A program made the translations under genes and the position numbers. From NCBI GenBank assembly GCA_965222605.1, contig OZ244960.1, forward strand, positions 5,184,001 to 5,248,000: a stretch of 64,000 nucleotides of DNA, in the 5' to 3' direction. The notes under the pieces are model-generated. The model was not told the origin of the DNA and did no database searches. It saw only the letters and a list, made by a program, of their open reading frames with translations. The DNA is from Candidatus Latescibacterota bacterium (GTDB lineage: Bacteria > Latescibacterota > UBA2968). Shown here piece after piece: positions 61,440 through 64,000 of this stretch (the first letter of the stretch is position 1; every line of letters begins with the position of its first letter).

Positions 61440-64000
61440 TTACTCTGCCAGTGCAGCGTGGGCGGCTGCGAGGCGGGCGATGGGTACGCGGAAGGGCGAG
61501 CAGGAGACGTAGTCCATGCCGATGTTGTGGCAAAAGTGTACAGAGGCTGGATCGCCGCCGTGTTCACCACAGATGCCCACTTTGAGATCCTCGCGGGCAC
61601 CGCGTCCGTTTTTTGTGCCGAGTTCGACGAGTTGCCCCACGCCGGTCTGGTCGAGAGTCTGGAAGGGATCGTTTTCGAGGATGCCCTTTTCGACGTATTC
61701 GCCCAGGAATTTGCCGGCGTCGTCGCGCGAGTAACCATAAGTCAGTTGCGTGAGATCGTTGGTGCCAAACGAGAAAAATTCTGCGTGTTCGGCAATTTCG
61801 GCGGCGGTGAGGGCAGCGCGGGGAATTTCGATCATGGTGCCGATCAGATACGCGACGCGCTTGCCTGTTTCGTCTTCTACTGCGCGAGCCACGCGATCTG
61901 TCATGATTTTGAGTTCGGTAAATTCTTTGACCGTGCCGACGAGTGGAATCATGATTTCGGGAATGGCTTTGGATCCCACATTTACGGCGGCTTCGAGGAT
62001 GGCACGCACCTGCATTTCGTAAATTTCTGGATAGGTGATGCCCAACCGACAGCCGCGATGCCCGAGCATGGGATTAAATTCGTTGAGGGATTCAACCTTG
62101 TCCTGAATCACGCGCAACGAGGTATCGAGCCGCCTTGCCATTTCCTCTTGCTGGTCGCTCTCGTGCGGGAGAAACTCGTGCAGGGGAGGGTCGAGCAGGC
62201 GAACGGTCACGGGCAGTTCTGCCATGGCGTTGAAAATGCCTTCAAAGTCGCCGCGCTGGATGGGCAACAACTTTTCGAGGGCGCGACGGCGGCCTTCTTC
62301 ATCATCGGCGAGAATCATTTCGCGCACGATATTGATGCGGTCGCCTTCAAAGAACATGTGTTCTGTGCGGCACAGGCCAATGCCTTCGGCGCCAAACGCG
62401 CGCGCAACAGCCGAATCGTGTGGCGTGTCCGCATTGGTACGCACATTGAGTGTGCGAATTTCGTCTGCCCAACTCATCAAGATGGCAAAATCACCCGAGA
62501 GTTCAGCTTCCTGTGTGGGAACCTGGCCGAGCATGACTTCACCCGTAGAACCGTCAATAGAGACCCAGTCGCCAGCTTTGACAACCGTATCGCCAACGGA
62601 GAATTGGTTTTCTGTGTAGTCGATGACCAGATCGCCACAACCGGCCACACAGCATTTGCCCATACCGCGAGCGACCACAGCAGCGTGCGAGGTCATGCCC
62701 CCGCGTGCGGTGAGAATGCCCTGTGCGGCGTTCATGCCCCCGATATCTTCGGGCGAGGTTTCAAGACGCACCAGCAGGACCTGCTCGCCCTGTTCTGCGG
62801 CTTCTTCGGCTTCTTCAGCGAGAAAGACGACCTTTCCCGACGCAGCCCCGGGAGAAGCGGGCAATCCCTTGGCCAGCACATTGCGTTCAGCCGTGGGATC
62901 GAAGGTGGGGTGCAGGAGTTGGTCGAGTTGTTCTGGTTCCACGCGCAGCACGGCTTCGCTCTGGGTAATCAGTCCTTCGTTGACCATGTCAACAGCAATC
63001 TTGACAGCGGCGGCGGCGGTGCGTTTGCCACCTCGGGTTTGCAGCATCCAGAGTTTGCTCTGTTGCACGGTAAATTCAATGTCCTGCATGTCTCGATAGT
63101 GCTTTTCGAGTGTTTGATAGATGTCTTCGAGTGTTTGATAGGCTTCGGGCTGTCTGCTCTTCAGGCGATCTACGGGTTCGGGCGTGCGAACACCCGCGAC
63201 CACGTCTTCGCCCTGTGCGTTGGTGAGAAATTCGCCGTAAAATATGTTTTCACCCGTGGAGGGGTCGCGCGTAAATGCAACGCCTGTGGCGCAGTCATCG
63301 CCCATGTTGCCATAGACCATGGACTGTACGTTGACCGCTGTTCCCCAGTCTCCGGGGATATTCTCCAAACGCCGATAGGTGATGGCGCGATCTGCCTGCC
63401 ATGAGCCAAATACCGCGCCAATACCACCCCAGAGTTGCTCAATGGGATCGGTGGGGAAATTTTGTCCCGTGCGTTTTTTTACAATGTCTTTGAACATATC
63501 GACGAGGGTTTTGAGGTCCTCTACGGTCATGTCGAGGTCGTCTTCGATGCCGCGCTTTTCTTTAACTTCGTCAATGGCGGCTTCAAAGGGGTCTATTTCG
63601 ATGCCTTCAGGAGCTACGCCCATCACCACATCGCCATAGGTTTGGATGAAGCGACGATAAGAGTCCCATCCAAAACGCGGGTTGTTGCTCCTGGCTATGA
63701 GACCTTCTGTGATTTCATCGTTGAGACCGAGGTTGAGTACGGTTTCCATCATGCCGGGCATGGAGACGCGCGCACCCGAGCGCACGGAGAGAAGCAATGG
63801 GTTCGTCGCATCGCCGAATTTGCCACCCATAACATTTTCGAGCTTGGCAACGTTGTCCATGACCTGTTTTTCGAGTGCGTCGGGATATTGTTTGTCGTTA
63901 TCGTAATAATACGTGCAAACTTCGGTGGTGATGGTAAATCCGGCGGGTACGGGAATACCCAGGCCCGACATTTCTGCCAGATTCGCGCCTTTGCCACCGA
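61440..64000 (-). CDS. ppdK: Pyruvate, phosphate dikinase (5' end outside window)
   Basis: GGKGANLAEM, LLSVRSGA, GGMTSHAAVVARG phospho-His motif, GIGLCRTEHMF, GICGEHGG. Confidence 0.97.
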   Translation of the reverse strand, partial: GGKGANLAEMSGLGIPVPAGFTITTEVCTYYYDNDKQYPDALEKQVMDNVAKLENVMGGKFGDATNPLLLSVRSGARVSMPGMMETVLNLGLNDEITEGLIARSNNPRFGWDSYRRFIQTYGDVVMGVAPEGIEIDPFEAAIDEVKEKRGIEDDLDMTVEDLKTLVDMFKDIVKKRTGQNFPTDPIEQLWGGIGAVFGSWQADRAITYRRLENIPGDWGTAVNVQSMVYGNMGDDCATGVAFTRDPSTGENIFYGEFLTNAQGEDVVAGVRTPEPVDRLKSRQPEAYQTLEDIYQTLEKHYRDMQDIEFTVQQSKLWMLQTRGGKRTAAAAVKIAVDMVNEGLITQSEAVLRVEPEQLDQLLHPTFDPTAERNVLAKGLPASPGAASGKVVFLAEEAEEAAEQGEQVLLVRLETSPEDIGGMNAAQGILTARGGMTSHAAVVARGMGKCCVAGCGDLVIDYTENQFSVGDTVVKAGDWVSIDGSTGEVMLGQVPTQEAELSGDFAILMSWADEIRTLNVRTNADTPHDSAVARAFGAEGIGLCRTEHMFFEGDRINIVREMILADDEEGRRRALEKLLPIQRGDFEGIFNAMAELPVTVRLLDPPLHEFLPHESDQQEEMARRLDTSLRVIQDKVESLNEFNPMLGHRGCRLGITYPEIYEMQVRAILEAAVNVGSKAIPEIMIPLVGTVKEFTELKIMTDRVARAVEDETGKRVAYLIGTMIEIPRAALTAAEIAEHAEFFSFGTNDLTQLTYGYSRDDAGKFLGEYVEKGILENDPFQTLDQTGVGQLVELGTKNGRGAREDLKVGICGEHGGDPASVHFCHNIGMDYVSCSPFRVPIARLAAAHAALAE

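Noticed and set aside
59416-61524. ppdK duplicate as a DGR template/variable repeat pair
   Set aside because: Differences are synonymous third-position changes rather than adenine-specific diversification, and there is no reverse transcriptase in the window
61458-63404. 648-aa plus-strand ORF and similar long antisense ORFs (e.g. 25946..27394, 24220..25398, 19314..20459, 37953..39056)
   Set aside because: Shadow frames opposite well-supported genes; no recognisable motifs

Overview
Bacterial window from a diderm organism. The gene content (PorV-family barrel, T9SS-type C-terminal domain, GWxTD, DUF6785-like, CRTAC1-like and many Gfo/Idh/MocA proteins) suggests an FCB-group lineage such as Latescibacterota; this is inference. 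The backbone at both ends carries sthA, ettA, an S9 peptidase, NatAB-like ABC genes, parAB and ppdK. Between them lies a ~39 kb accessory region (~15.6-54.8 kb). Its core is a ~30 kb co-directional minus-strand uptake and catabolic locus next to a FadR-type regulator that has a clear operator. Best candidate for an undescribed system: a SusD-free utilisation locus. In it a small beta-barrel, a TonB-dependent receptor, a T9SS-CTD-bearing surface protein and a dedicated PorV paralogue are clustered with three divergent GH109-like (GHGG, no EKP lysine) NAD-dependent enzymes and two inner-membrane transporters. Second candidate: a 2 kb integrase-less AAA-ATPase/PD-(D/E)XK cassette flanked by a duplicated, synonymously recoded ppdK 3' end plus terminator. 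Two backbone genes show large internal deletions. No rRNA, tRNA, CRISPR array, integrase or transposase was recognised. All family calls come from reading motifs; no database searches were run.
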